Shown here: piece after piece, positions 46,945-56,947 of the stretch
Layout of the letters: each line of letters opens with the position of its first letter
Numbering within the stretch: the first letter of the stretch is position 1
DNA from: Candidatus Latescibacterota bacterium
Lineage (GTDB): Bacteria; Latescibacterota; UBA2968; UBA8231
DNA length: 64,000 bases
Direction of reading: 5' to 3'
Assembly: GCA_964291625.2 (NCBI GenBank)
Contig: OZ220089.1
Coordinates: 1,888,001-1,952,000, forward strand
Position numbers and translations under genes: made by a program
Notes under the pieces: model-generated
Databases searched by the model: none
What the model saw: the letters and a program-made list of their open reading frames with translations, nothing else
Told to the model about the DNA's origin: nothing

Positions 46945-48391
46945 TGACACCCCGTGCTCTCAGGGCGGGGATCTGTTCGTTGATGGCCTGGTCGCTGAGG
47001 GGGTTGCCTACCAACATAACCTCATCCCACTGACCCAAGCCGGTGTTGGCGACCAAAGGACTGATGTCGTGGATCTGGTTGTCGGACAAGACCAGGGACG
47101 ACAGGTTGGTCAGGGAGACCAACGGTCCCACATCGGCAATCTGGTTGCCACCCAGCGCCAGATAACGCAAGCGGGTCAACGAGGCCAAGGGGCTCACATC
47201 CGCAATCTGGTTGCCACCCAGCTCCAGAAATTCCAAACGGGTCAACGAGGCCAAGGGGCTCACGTCGGCAATCTGGTTGCGGTACAGCGCCAGCCATCCC
47301 AAGTTGCTCAACGTGGCCAGGGGGCTCACATCCACAATCTGGTTGCTACCCAGCCTCAGACGATCCAAGCGGGTCAAGGGGGCCAAGGGGCTCACATCCA
47401 CAATCTGGTTCTTATCCAGCACCAGCCATCCCAAGTTGCTCAACGTGGCCAGGGGGCTCACATCCACAATCCGGTTGCCACGCAGCCCGAGATCTTTCAA
47501 GCGGGTCAAGGAGGCCAAGGGGCTCACATCCGCAATCTGGTTGCCAAACAGCTCCAGATATTCCAGGCGGGTCAAGGAGGCCAAGGGGCTCACATCGGCA
47601 ATCTGGTTGCCACGCAGCCCGAGATCTTTCAAGCGGGTCAAGGAGGCCAAGGTGCTCACATCCACAATCTGGTTGCTACCCAGCCTCAGACGATCCAAGC
47701 GGGTCAAGGAGGCCAAGGGGCTCACGTCCACGATCTGGTTGTCATCCAGCTCCATCCATTCCAAGTTGCCCAACGTGGCCAGGGGACTCACATCCACGAT
47801 CTGGCCACCCCTGGCCGACAGACCCCTGAGGTGATCCGGATCGAATGCCGGGGCGACGCTGCTATCGACATCCAAGAGCACGCTACTCCCCAGCAGAAAG
47901 GCCGCTGCCGCCTCCCAGCTGGATAGGACGTGCCCTTGCTCCGACTCAAGTAGCGTTGCGACGCTACGGTCGATCCTCCAGCGGATGCGGACGCGCCCCT
48001 CAACTAGCGGCCTCCAAAGTCGACCGACAGTCTGGAGTCTCAGCGGACGGCCGCTGGGGCGAGTCCAGAGCCATGTCTCATAGCGCGGATGCGATGGATC
48101 GACGCAGCGAAGGACCACGAGGCTGTCAGGACGGCCCCCGTATTCCACTTGGATCCCGGCCGCCTCCTCCCCCCTATCCACCAGATCCACCCACAGGCCG
48201 CGAGGGAACTCCGGCGACTCGATCATCACTCGGCCGGCGGCATCGCTCACCGCCTGCGCCCGGCCGGTGAGATCGGTGCCGGCGGCATGGGGGAACTCGG
48301 TCTGCGCCGCCAGCCCGGTGGCGGCCAGGGACAGAAGAGCCCCGGCTCGAAGTAGGGACAGGAGAGGGCGGGGCAGGGCGGTGCTGGCCAT
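46931..48391 (-). CDS. Internalin-like leucine-rich repeat protein A
   Basis: Signal peptide, shared N-domain, about 12 LRRs encoded by 66-bp units. Confidence 0.88.
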   Translation of the reverse strand: MASTALPRPLLSLLRAGALLSLAATGLAAQTEFPHAAGTDLTGRAQAVSDAAGRVMIESPEFPRGLWVDLVDRGEEAAGIQVEYGGRPDSLVVLRCVDPSHPRYETWLWTRPSGRPLRLQTVGRLWRPLVEGRVRIRWRIDRSVATLLESEQGHVLSSWEAAAAFLLGSSVLLDVDSSVAPAFDPDHLRGLSARGGQIVDVSPLATLGNLEWMELDDNQIVDVSPLASLTRLDRLRLGSNQIVDVSTLASLTRLKDLGLRGNQIADVSPLASLTRLEYLELFGNQIADVSPLASLTRLKDLGLRGNRIVDVSPLATLSNLGWLVLDKNQIVDVSPLAPLTRLDRLRLGSNQIVDVSPLATLSNLGWLALYRNQIADVSPLASLTRLEFLELGGNQIADVSPLASLTRLRYLALGGNQIADVGPLVSLTNLSSLVLSDNQIHDISPLVANTGLGQWDEVMLVGNPLSDQAINEQIPALRARGVNVNY

Positions 48392-48611
48392 GGGACTGTG
48401 CCAGGACAGAGGTGGCTCTCCGGCTTGCCGGGCGGGACAGGTGCATTTGAGAGCCCGGCGGAGAGAGGGTTGCCCGTCAGAGGCTACCATACCCCGCGGG
48501 AGGCGGTCTGACAAGGGAGTCGACCCCGCTCCATGGCTCCGGGCAACCCCCATTGCAGATAGCGCCAGCACCGGTTTGCACGCCAACCCGCCTCCGAGCA
48601 TCTTGCCTGCC

Positions 48612-49648
48612 ATGGCCCAGGATTCCGCCACCGACAGCGGCGCCGCTATCGCCCTCGCCGCCGAACGCGCCGCCGCCTGGCTGACCGCCCACATCGACGC
48701 CGAGGGCTGGGTCGGCGGCAGCCGCGCCCCGGGCCTCTACTACAAGGTGCCCTCCGCCCTGGCGCTGAACGGCCGCAGGCGAACGGCAGGCCTCGTCCTC
48801 GACTGGATCGCGCGCCACCTGCTGGCGGCGGACGGCCCCCTCAGGCTGCCCGACGAGGTCGACCGCTCCCGCCCGGTGAACACCTACGACCGCGGCTGGC
48901 TGGCGCGGGGAGCGGCGCTCTGCGAACGCCACGACCTGCAGCAGGCGTTGGCCGAGGATCTGACTGCTTACCAGGACCACCGAACCGGCGGCTTCTGGGA
49001 CTCCGCCGAGGCACGCGCCTCGGGCGAGGGACTGCAGGGCGCCATGACCGCCGGCATGGCCGGCCTGGGGCTTCTGGCCGCCGGGCGCATCGAGCCGGCG
49101 CGGGGGCCGCGCGGTTCCTGGACGAGTTGTGGGTAGGACAGGCGGACCCGGCGGCCGGCTTCGACTCCAACCGGCGGCTCACCGCCGACTGGGATGGACG
49201 CAAAGGCGCCGCCGCCCCCTTCTTCCGCGAGCGCAGCTCACGCCACTACGTCGATCTGAGAGGCTCCGCTCAGCGGCCGGCCCGGTTCGGACCCGCCATG
49301 GCGTTTCTGGTGAGGCTCCATCGCCTGACCGGCGATCCAGCCCACCTCGCCTGCGCCCGCCGCTATGCCGACCTGTTCCTGGCCCGGGACGAGCTGTATC
49401 TCTGCGTTGAGTGCCACAAGTACCTGTGGGGGCTCGCCGAGCTTCAGCAGGTCGCGGCCACCACCGAGTACGAGGAAGCCGCCGAGAAGTGCGCGGCCTA
49501 CCTCGTGGCGGCGCAGCAGCCGGACGGGAGCTGGCTCCCGGAGGCTTCGTCGGAAGGCGGCGAGCCGAGCTTCGAGCTGATCCTCAACACGGCGTGCAAT
49601 GCGCTCGTCGGTCTCGCCTACGCCCGCATTGCTGACGTCCGCCTGTAG
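48612..49648 (+). CDS. Alpha/alpha-barrel (prenyltransferase/six-hairpin-like) protein, frameshift near 49105
   Basis: AAAWL, YQD..TGGF, YLVAAQQPDGSW (QW-like motifs) spread over two joined ORFs. Confidence 0.6.
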
Positions 49649-50626
49649 CTACCACGGCGTGGCCACGGAGAGCTCCCGCCCCACCTCCTCCAGCCCCTCG
49701 ACGGCCCGCGCCGAGACCGGCACGCCGTCCCGGCGGTACTCCGTCTCCCTCTCCAGCTCCTTGCCGCCGGGCAGGTAGGACTCGCCGAAGCCGGGCAGGG
49801 GCTTCATGCGGCCGGCCTCGTCCATCAGGTGGTCCATGTCGGCCTTGAAGGCGGACAGGTCGGAGAACCGGTCCACGTCGATGGCGAGGAAGAAGCCGGA
49901 CTGGTCGGCACCGCTGAACTCCACGTTGCCGCGCGAGAACTCCGGCAGCATCTGTCCGCCGAGGGCGCCGGAGAGAATGTTGCCCACGTGCGAGATTCCG
50001 ATGGCCTTTATGAAAACCGGAGGGTACTTCAGAAATGTGTCATCGCCGACCGCGAAGTGGCTGGCGAAGTCGAGGAGGAAGGCCGGCTTCCCCTCTCCCG
50101 CGGGCATGCCGAAGGCCAGGGGCGGGCTGCCCTGGATGGAGCGACGGATCGTCTGCTCGCGGTCGTAGTGGTCGGCGGCGTTGCGGCCGGATGTGCAGAT
50201 GCCGATCAGGTCCCGGCTCATGGCCATGCGCGCGTAGATGCCGGCGCTGCCGAGGTGCCCGTGGTACGTGGAGGTGGCCGCGCCGATGCCGAGCTCCCGG
50301 GCCCGGGCGATGGCCATCTCCATGGCACGGCTGGCGACGAGATAGCCCAGGCCGCCGTCGCCGGTGAGAGCGGCGGTGGCCGGACCTTCCTTGAGCACGC
50401 GGATCCGGGGGTTCGGGTTCATGGAGCCGTCCTGGAAGGAGCGGACGTAGCGGTGGACCTGGAAGACGCCGTGGCTGACGACGCCGCGCAGGTCGCATTC
50501 CACCAGCTTGCCGGCGATGAGGCGGGCGTGGTCCTCGGGGATCGGCACCGCCCGGAAGATCCCGAAGACCAGTTCTTCCAGGTCGGAGGCGGCGACGCGG
50601 AGGCCGTCGGTCGGCGGCACGTTCAC
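49649..50626 (-). CDS. Ldh_2 family oxidoreductase
   Basis: DLRGVVSHG, GHLGSAG, LPGGKE. Confidence 0.88.
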   Translation of the reverse strand: MNVPPTDGLRVAASDLEELVFGIFRAVPIPEDHARLIAGKLVECDLRGVVSHGVFQVHRYVRSFQDGSMNPNPRIRVLKEGPATAALTGDGGLGYLVASRAMEMAIARARELGIGAATSTYHGHLGSAGIYARMAMSRDLIGICTSGRNAADHYDREQTIRRSIQGSPPLAFGMPAGEGKPAFLLDFASHFAVGDDTFLKYPPVFIKAIGISHVGNILSGALGGQMLPEFSRGNVEFSGADQSGFFLAIDVDRFSDLSAFKADMDHLMDEAGRMKPLPGFGESYLPGGKELERETEYRRDGVPVSARAVEGLEEVGRELSVATPW

Positions 50627-51882
50627 TTCCGGCTCTCCCGCCGCCGCAGGGTGCGGCCGTCGCGCACCGCCTGCCAGATCTCCTCGAACTCCTGCGAGCC
50701 GTCGTCCTCCACGGGCACGCACTCCGACCCCGCCTCGCTCACCGGCATGGCCAGGTCGGGGTAGACGCGGGTCAGCTCCTGCTTGCCGCACCCGAGGTAG
50801 GTGACCTCACCGTTGGCCCGGGCGTACCGGTAGACGTGCCTCGGGGGATCGACCCAGGCGTAGTCGACGGCGTGCTTCTCCACCAGTCCCTCGTCCAGCT
50901 CGATGCCGAGGCCGGGCCCGTCCGGCACCCGGTGATAGCCGCCGCGCAGCTCGATGGCAGGACGGACGAGTTGCTCCTTCCAGATGTTCATGCAGGTGAT
51001 GGCCGGCCACTTGGCCTCGTGGCAGACGGCGCCGAGGTGGGCCGCCCAGGTGGTGGTGATGCCCGTGCCCACGAGCTGCAGCCAGAAAGGCTTGTTGGCC
51101 CCGTGGGCGATCTCCGACTGCGAGCGGACCTGACTGGCGCCGCCGGAGACGACGAAGCCGTCGGTCACGTCCTCGGCCAGGGCGGTCTCGGCCGGCGGCT
51201 GGCCGAAGTGCATGGCCACGGCCCGGTCGAGGCGCCGGCGGATCTGCTTGTTGCCGGCCACGTCGCTCTGCGGGATGGGGCTCTCGATCATGGCGACCTG
51301 CTCGTACTGCTCGAGCGACTTGAGATGCTCCACGGCGTTGGAGGTGTTGTCCAGGGTCGAGTTGTAGTCGAGGTCCAGCCGGAACTGGGGCGGCACCACC
51401 TCGAGGATGGCCCGGATCCCGGCGTGCATGTCGTACCAGGTGCGCGCCTTGAGCTTGGCCGACATGTAGCCCGCCTTCACCGCGGCGCGGCACTGGCGGG
51501 CCCAGTCCCGGGGCGGCATGTCCATGGCCCACCACGACAGGGGCACGTAGTCGCGCACCCGGGAGCCCAGGAGTTGGTGGACGGGCACGTTCTCGTGCCT
51601 GCCCACCGCGTCGAAGAGCGCCATCTGCACGCCGGCGCCTAGGTCGTCCTCCCACATCAGTGCGTCCGCCTCGCGGCCCACGACGCGCTCCTCGATCCCC
51701 TCGGGCACCTTGGCCCAGGTGTAGTTGGGGATCGTCTCGCCGAAGCCGACGACGCCGTTGCTCATGGTGAGCCGGCAGATCTGCACGATGCGCCAGTGGG
51801 GAAGCCAGTACTGCATGTGCCTGCCGGTGTGCTTCGTGAAGGGCAGGTCGAGAAGGGTCAGCTCGACGGACTCGACTTTCAC
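50623..51882 (-). CDS. Mandelate racemase/muconate lactonizing enolase superfamily protein
   Basis: GFGET, MALFD, KLKAR, LDYN, IESP. Confidence 0.88.
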   Translation of the reverse strand: MKVESVELTLLDLPFTKHTGRHMQYWLPHWRIVQICRLTMSNGVVGFGETIPNYTWAKVPEGIEERVVGREADALMWEDDLGAGVQMALFDAVGRHENVPVHQLLGSRVRDYVPLSWWAMDMPPRDWARQCRAAVKAGYMSAKLKARTWYDMHAGIRAILEVVPPQFRLDLDYNSTLDNTSNAVEHLKSLEQYEQVAMIESPIPQSDVAGNKQIRRRLDRAVAMHFGQPPAETALAEDVTDGFVVSGGASQVRSQSEIAHGANKPFWLQLVGTGITTTWAAHLGAVCHEAKWPAITCMNIWKEQLVRPAIELRGGYHRVPDGPGLGIELDEGLVEKHAVDYAWVDPPRHVYRYARANGEVTYLGCGKQELTRVYPDLAMPVSEAGSECVPVEDDGSQEFEEIWQAVRDGRTLRRRESRK

Positions 51883-53762
51883 GGTTGATCTCCCTTGCGC
51901 ACGGGCAGCTCGAGGAAGCTGGACGCGGCGCGGTCGTGGTGGATGGCGTGGGTCGCCTTCTGGAAGTCCTCGGGCCGGGCCCAGGCGATCTGGTCCACGA
52001 AGGTCTGCGGGTTGCGGTCGCAGACCGGGAACCACGAGCTCTGCACATGCACCATGATGCGGTGCCCGGGCCGGAATGTGTGGTTCACGTGGGGCATGAG
52101 GACGCGGTAGGGCAGCACCTGCCCGGGCGGGATCGGCTCCGCCTTCGCGAAGCTCTCGCGGTAGCGGCCCCGCAGGATGTCCCCCGAGATCATCAGCTGG
52201 TAGCCGCCCATGTCGCGGTCGCCCGGGACCTCGTCGGGGTAGAGGTCGATGAGCTTGACGACCCAGTCGGCGTCGGTCCCCGTGGTCGAGGCGAAGAGGG
52301 TGGCCGACGGCTCCCCGCTCAGGGTGAGGGATTCCCGAAGGGGATCGCTGACGAAGACGAGGACGTCGGTGCGGTCGGAGAAGGGCCGCTGGTCGTCGAC
52401 CAACCACCGGAACCAGGTGCCTTCCCCGGCGAAGGGCGGGACGATCGGCCGCACCCGGTAGGGCACCGGCTTGGCCGGGTCGGAGACGTACTCGGTGCAG
52501 CTCTCCCCCGCCCGGGGGAGCTTGAAGGAGAGGCCGCCCCCCGGCTGCAGGTAGAGCTGGCGGACCTCGGTCTCCTTCGCCGGCGGCCAGCTCCGGTACC
52601 GCCGCCAGCGGTTGCTCCCGGTCTCGAAGGCGGTCACCGGCGGCAGCGGCTCGGAGGGCCGCCTCCTCTTGAGGTGGCGGTCGAAGAAGGGCTTGAACAT
52701 CTCCCGGCGGAAGCGCAGGCAGGTGTCCTCCCCCCACTTGAGGCTGCCGAGGGCCGAGCCGTCGCCCCAGGTCTGGGCGTGGGACCAGGGGCCGATGACC
52801 AGGTGCGTGCGAGCGCCGCGGGGGTCGTTGGCGGCCATCGCCTCGTGGCTGAGCACGGCGCCGTAGAGGTCCTCGGCGTCGAAGAGGCTGTGGACGCTGA
52901 GCACGGGCACCCGCCGCGGCGCCCGCGCGAGGTGCTCCTGCAGGGCCTGGTCCTTCCAGTAGTCGTCGTACGCGGGGTGCTCCAGCAGGCGCTTCCAGGC
53001 CGGCAGCCGGTCGGCCCCGTAGCGGCGGCCCAGCTCGCCGAGGGAGCCGGCCTCGAGGATGGCCTGGTAGTGGTCGCGGTAGCCCCAGGGGACGGAGTGG
53101 CCGGCGTCCTTCGTCGAGGTCTGCCGGTAGATGTACTGGAACATGACCGTGCGGAACGCCCCGTGGCGGTAGAAGTCGTCGCCGAGCCAGGAGTCGACCA
53201 TGGAGTTGACGGGGACCGCCGCCTTCAGCGCCGGGTGGGGGTCGATGAGGGCCATCAGGGTGAGGAGGCCGTCGTAGGAGGTGCCGGTGATGCCGACGCG
53301 GCCGTTGTTGCCCTCCACGTTCTCCACCAGCCACTCCACCGTGTCCCAGGCGTCGGTGACCTGGTCGACCTCGCCCTCGTTGAAGGGGCCGCGCACCGGC
53401 ATGGTCATGGTGTACTTCCCCTTGGAGCCGAAGCGGCCGCGCACGTCCTGGTAGACGCGGATGTAGCCGTCGCGCACCAGGTCCTCGTCGGCAGCGGGCA
53501 GGACCATGGCGATGTCGGGGCTGGGGGTGCCCGCGGCGCGGGACTTGGCGTTGTAGGGCGTGCGGGTCAGCACGATCGGCATCTTCCCCGAGGCGCCCTC
53601 GGGGATCATGATCAGGGTGAAGAGCTTCACGCCGTCGCGCATGGGCACCATCGACTCCTGGCGGGTGTAGTTGTACTCCCCCGTCCGGGTCTCGAAGGTG
53701 CGGGGGATGTCCCCCTTGCGGGTCACGTCCCGCGACCCGGAACTGCTCTTGCGTTTGGCCAT
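51879..53762 (-). CDS. CocE/NonD hydrolase (alpha-amino acid ester hydrolase-like)
   Basis: PMRDGVKL, RTPY, DVRGRFGS, GTSYDG, GPWSH. Confidence 0.93.
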   Translation of the reverse strand: MAKRKSSSGSRDVTRKGDIPRTFETRTGEYNYTRQESMVPMRDGVKLFTLIMIPEGASGKMPIVLTRTPYNAKSRAAGTPSPDIAMVLPAADEDLVRDGYIRVYQDVRGRFGSKGKYTMTMPVRGPFNEGEVDQVTDAWDTVEWLVENVEGNNGRVGITGTSYDGLLTLMALIDPHPALKAAVPVNSMVDSWLGDDFYRHGAFRTVMFQYIYRQTSTKDAGHSVPWGYRDHYQAILEAGSLGELGRRYGADRLPAWKRLLEHPAYDDYWKDQALQEHLARAPRRVPVLSVHSLFDAEDLYGAVLSHEAMAANDPRGARTHLVIGPWSHAQTWGDGSALGSLKWGEDTCLRFRREMFKPFFDRHLKRRRPSEPLPPVTAFETGSNRWRRYRSWPPAKETEVRQLYLQPGGGLSFKLPRAGESCTEYVSDPAKPVPYRVRPIVPPFAGEGTWFRWLVDDQRPFSDRTDVLVFVSDPLRESLTLSGEPSATLFASTTGTDADWVVKLIDLYPDEVPGDRDMGGYQLMISGDILRGRYRESFAKAEPIPPGQVLPYRVLMPHVNHTFRPGHRIMVHVQSSWFPVCDRNPQTFVDQIAWARPEDFQKATHAIHHDRAASSFLELPVRKGDQP

Positions 53763-53878
53763 CGCTTCCGTCCCTGTGTAGTCCTGGAATGGGAGCGGTC
53801 ATTGTAGGCCCTGGCCCGGGGGACCGCCACGAGGGACCGAGGTCGCCGGACCTTCCCCGGGAGGGTAGCTTTGCCGCC

Positions 53879-56023
53879 ATGGAGATCCGCGAGCTCGCCG
53901 AGGCCGTGCTCTTCGGCGACACCCTGGAGCACAAGCTCACCCCCGCCGGCCGTCTGACCGACGAGCGGCCGGGACGCCCCCTGAAGTCCCCCGACGCGCC
54001 GGGGCGCCCGCCGGAGCTGGCCCTGGACCGCTGGAGCGAGACCGGGCGCGTCCCTTTCGAGGAGGTGCGGTCCCTGGAGCGCGACGAGGACCGCGGCCTC
54101 GTGCTGCACTTCTTCGCCAACCACGAGCTGATGGCGGCGGAGCTGATGGCCCTGGTGCTGCTGAAGTTCCCCGACGCGCCGGCCCGCTTCCGCCGCGGCG
54201 TGGCCCGCACCCTGCGCGACGAGCAGGAGCACCTGCGCCTCTACATGGAGCGCATGGCCGCCTCCGGCGTCGCCTTCGGCCAGATCCCGGTGAGCGATTT
54301 CTTCTGGCGCGCCATCTCCCCCATGCCGACGCCCCTGGACTTCGTCACCCGCCTGAGCCTGACCCTGGAGCAGGCGAACCTCGATTACGCGCCCCACTAC
54401 CAGCGGCTCTTCGACGAGCTCGGCGACGCCGGCACGGCGGAACTCATGGGGCGCATCTACCGCGACGAGATCGGCCACGTGCGCCACGGGCTGAACTGGT
54501 TCAACACCTGGCGCGCCCCGTCGCAGAGCGAGTGGGAGTCCTTCCAGCAGGCCCTCGGGTTCCCCCTGAGCCCGAGCCGCGCCAAGGGGATCGGGTTCAA
54601 CCGCGAGGGCCGGCTCCAGGCGGGTCTGCCCAGGACCTTCGTCGACGAGCTGGAGCTCTTCGTGCACTCCCACGGCCGCTGCCCGTGGCTGCACTGGTTC
54701 AACCCCCTGTGCGACCTCGCCGCCGGCCGGGGCGCCCCCTTCACGCCGCCGGCGCCGCTCCGCGACCTGTCCCGCGACCTGGCGCTGCTGCCCGCCCTGC
54801 TGGCCGCCCCCGACGACGTGGTGCTCGTCCCCGGGCGGCCGTCCCTGGCCTTTCTGCAGGAGCTGCGGGCGGCGGGCCTGCCGGTGCCGGAGCTGGTGGA
54901 GTGGGACCCCGCGGCCGGGGAGATGCCCGCGGCCCTGGACGGCCGCCGCCTCACCGGGCTGCGGCCCTGGGGCTGGGCCCCGGACAGCGTCGCCGCCCTC
55001 GGTCCGCTGGCGGACCAGCTGCCGGCCGGCGAGCCGGCGCCGGAGGGGCTCTGGCACGAGGAGAGGCGGCAGCTCTACTCGAAGGCTTGGAGCGCCGACT
55101 GGCTCGCCCGCATCCTGCCGTCGCTGCGCGAGGAGGAGGGGGACTGGCTCTGCGGGCCGGAGGTCGTGGGCGCGCCCTGCGCGTCGCCGGAGGAGGTCGC
55201 CGCGGCGCTGGCCGCCGGGTTCGCGGCGGGCTGGCGCCGGGGGGTGGTCAAGGCGGCCTTCGGCGCCGCCGGCGGGCGCCGGGTCCTGGTCGATTCTCCA
55301 GACCTCCCGGACCATCGCCGCCGCTGGCTGGAAGGGGTCCTGCAGGAGGGCGGGACCGTCGTCGTCGAGCCCTGGCTCGACCGCGTCCTCGACCTGTCGG
55401 CCCAGTACGAGGCGGAAGAGGACGGCTCCGTGCGCCTGGTGGGGACCACCCGGTTCCTCACCAGTCCCGGGGGCCGCTTCCAGGGGGTCGTCCTCCACGA
55501 TCTCGCGGCCGGCCTCGACGAGGAGACGCGGCGGTTCCTCTACGGCGACGGGCGGGACGGGCGCCGGCTGCAGCGGCTCTGCCGCCGTCTCGGCGAGGAC
55601 CTCGGCCGCCGGCTGCCGGCGGACTTCCGGGGGCCGCTGGGCGTGGACGCCCTCGTCTACCGGGACCGGGCCGGCGGCGGCCTGCGGCTCAAGCCGGTGG
55701 TGGAGCTGAACCCGCGGCTGACCATGGGGCGGGTGGGGCTGGCCCTGCAGAAGCGGGTCCTGGCCTCCAGGTCCGCGGTCTGGCGCCTGTGGCGGCTGAA
55801 GGACCTGGAGGCCGCCGGCCACGCCTCGGCGGCGGCCTGGGCCGACCTCCTGCGGCGGCGCCTGCCCCTGGAGATGTCCGGGGACGGCCGGCAGATCTCG
55901 CGGGGGGTCGTGTTCACCAACGATCCCGCCGACGCCCGCGCCTTCGTCGGGGTGCTCGCCGTCGCCGAGGAGCCGCCGGCGCACGACCTGCTCCTCGCGG
56001 CGCCGGGTGCGGACGATGGCTGA
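53879..56023 (+). CDS. DUF455 ferritin-like diiron domain fused to an ATP-grasp-like domain
   Basis: ANHELMA, DEQEH, LEQANLD, DEIGH; C-terminal VVKA, VVEPWL, GPLGVDA, ELNPRLTMG. Confidence 0.8.
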   Translation: MEIRELAEAVLFGDTLEHKLTPAGRLTDERPGRPLKSPDAPGRPPELALDRWSETGRVPFEEVRSLERDEDRGLVLHFFANHELMAAELMALVLLKFPDAPARFRRGVARTLRDEQEHLRLYMERMAASGVAFGQIPVSDFFWRAISPMPTPLDFVTRLSLTLEQANLDYAPHYQRLFDELGDAGTAELMGRIYRDEIGHVRHGLNWFNTWRAPSQSEWESFQQALGFPLSPSRAKGIGFNREGRLQAGLPRTFVDELELFVHSHGRCPWLHWFNPLCDLAAGRGAPFTPPAPLRDLSRDLALLPALLAAPDDVVLVPGRPSLAFLQELRAAGLPVPELVEWDPAAGEMPAALDGRRLTGLRPWGWAPDSVAALGPLADQLPAGEPAPEGLWHEERRQLYSKAWSADWLARILPSLREEEGDWLCGPEVVGAPCASPEEVAAALAAGFAAGWRRGVVKAAFGAAGGRRVLVDSPDLPDHRRRWLEGVLQEGGTVVVEPWLDRVLDLSAQYEAEEDGSVRLVGTTRFLTSPGGRFQGVVLHDLAAGLDEETRRFLYGDGRDGRRLQRLCRRLGEDLGRRLPADFRGPLGVDALVYRDRAGGGLRLKPVVELNPRLTMGRVGLALQKRVLASRSAVWRLWRLKDLEAAGHASAAAWADLLRRRLPLEMSGDGRQISRGVVFTNDPADARAFVGVLAVAEEPPAHDLLLAAPGADDG

Positions 56024-56882
56024 TCTCGTCCTGGACGTCTTCCCCTGCGACGGGGCCGGAGGGAACCCGCTGACGGTGCGGACCCTCGACGAGCCCCTGG
56101 AGCCACCGCGGATGATGGCCGAGGCCGCGGGTCACGAGAGCCGGGAGACCGCTTTCCTCCTGCCGCCCACGGACGGCGGACCGTGCCGCGTGGACGTCTT
56201 CACGGCGAGCCGGCCGATCCCGTTCTCGGGCCACGCCGCCCTCGGGGCGGCCTGGGCGGTCCACGAGCACCTGCAGCCGGACCCGGCCGGCGAGGTGGTC
56301 CTGGCGATGGCCCTGGGGGACGTGGACGTCCGCTTCGAGGACGGCACCGCCTGGCTCACGGCGCCGACCATCGAGCTGGGCTCCTCGTGGCCCGCCCCCG
56401 AGGTCCGCGCGACCCTGGGGCTGCGCGGTCCACCCCCCGGCGGGCTGGAGCCGCCGCGGCTCACCGGCGCCGGTCTCCCCATCCTCGTCGTTCCCGTCGC
56501 CGGCCTGGAGGAGCTGCACGCCTGCCACCTCGACCCCGCCGCCTTCCGCGCCTTCGGCGTGCGCATGGTGCGCCACAAGGCCCTCCACGCCCGGGTCTAC
56601 GCCTTCTGCCGGGAGACGCGCTCGGCGGACAACCACCTCTCGGCGCGGCTCTTCCTGCCGGGGGATGAGGAGGCCCTGGAGGACCCGGCCAGCGGCGCGG
56701 CCGCCGCCTGCCTGGGCGCCTGCCTGTCGGTGCAGGGCGGCCTCCACCCCGACGGGGGCGAGATCCGCATCGAGCAGGGGTTCGAGATGGGACGGCCGTC
56801 GCTGCTGCGGCTGCGGACCGGGCCTCACGGCGGCATCGAGGTCGGGGGAGAGGTGCGGCCGGCCCCGGCGGGACCGGCGTGA
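56016..56882 (+). CDS. PhzF-family isomerase
   Basis: DVF...GGNP, ETAF, PFSGHA, EDPASG, EQGFEMGRPS. Confidence 0.9.
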   Translation: MADLVLDVFPCDGAGGNPLTVRTLDEPLEPPRMMAEAAGHESRETAFLLPPTDGGPCRVDVFTASRPIPFSGHAALGAAWAVHEHLQPDPAGEVVLAMALGDVDVRFEDGTAWLTAPTIELGSSWPAPEVRATLGLRGPPPGGLEPPRLTGAGLPILVVPVAGLEELHACHLDPAAFRAFGVRMVRHKALHARVYAFCRETRSADNHLSARLFLPGDEEALEDPASGAAAACLGACLSVQGGLHPDGGEIRIEQGFEMGRPSLLRLRTGPHGGIEVGGEVRPAPAGPA

Positions 56883-56947
56883 CCGGGCTGTCGCCGCCGG
56901 GTCCCGGGCCCTTGCTTTGCGGTAGCTGAAAACCCTGGAGGTGCCCG

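Noticed and set aside
45300-47810. Regular 66-bp repeats as a CRISPR array
   Set aside because: They are in-frame LRR coding units with no unique spacers and no cas genes.
12700-49130. Frameshifts at about 12723, 18090-18180, 24992 and 49105 as programmed frameshifting or phase variation
   Set aside because: They are single-base indels in unrelated genes with no shared slippery motif. Consensus error or recent decay is more likely; reads are needed to decide.
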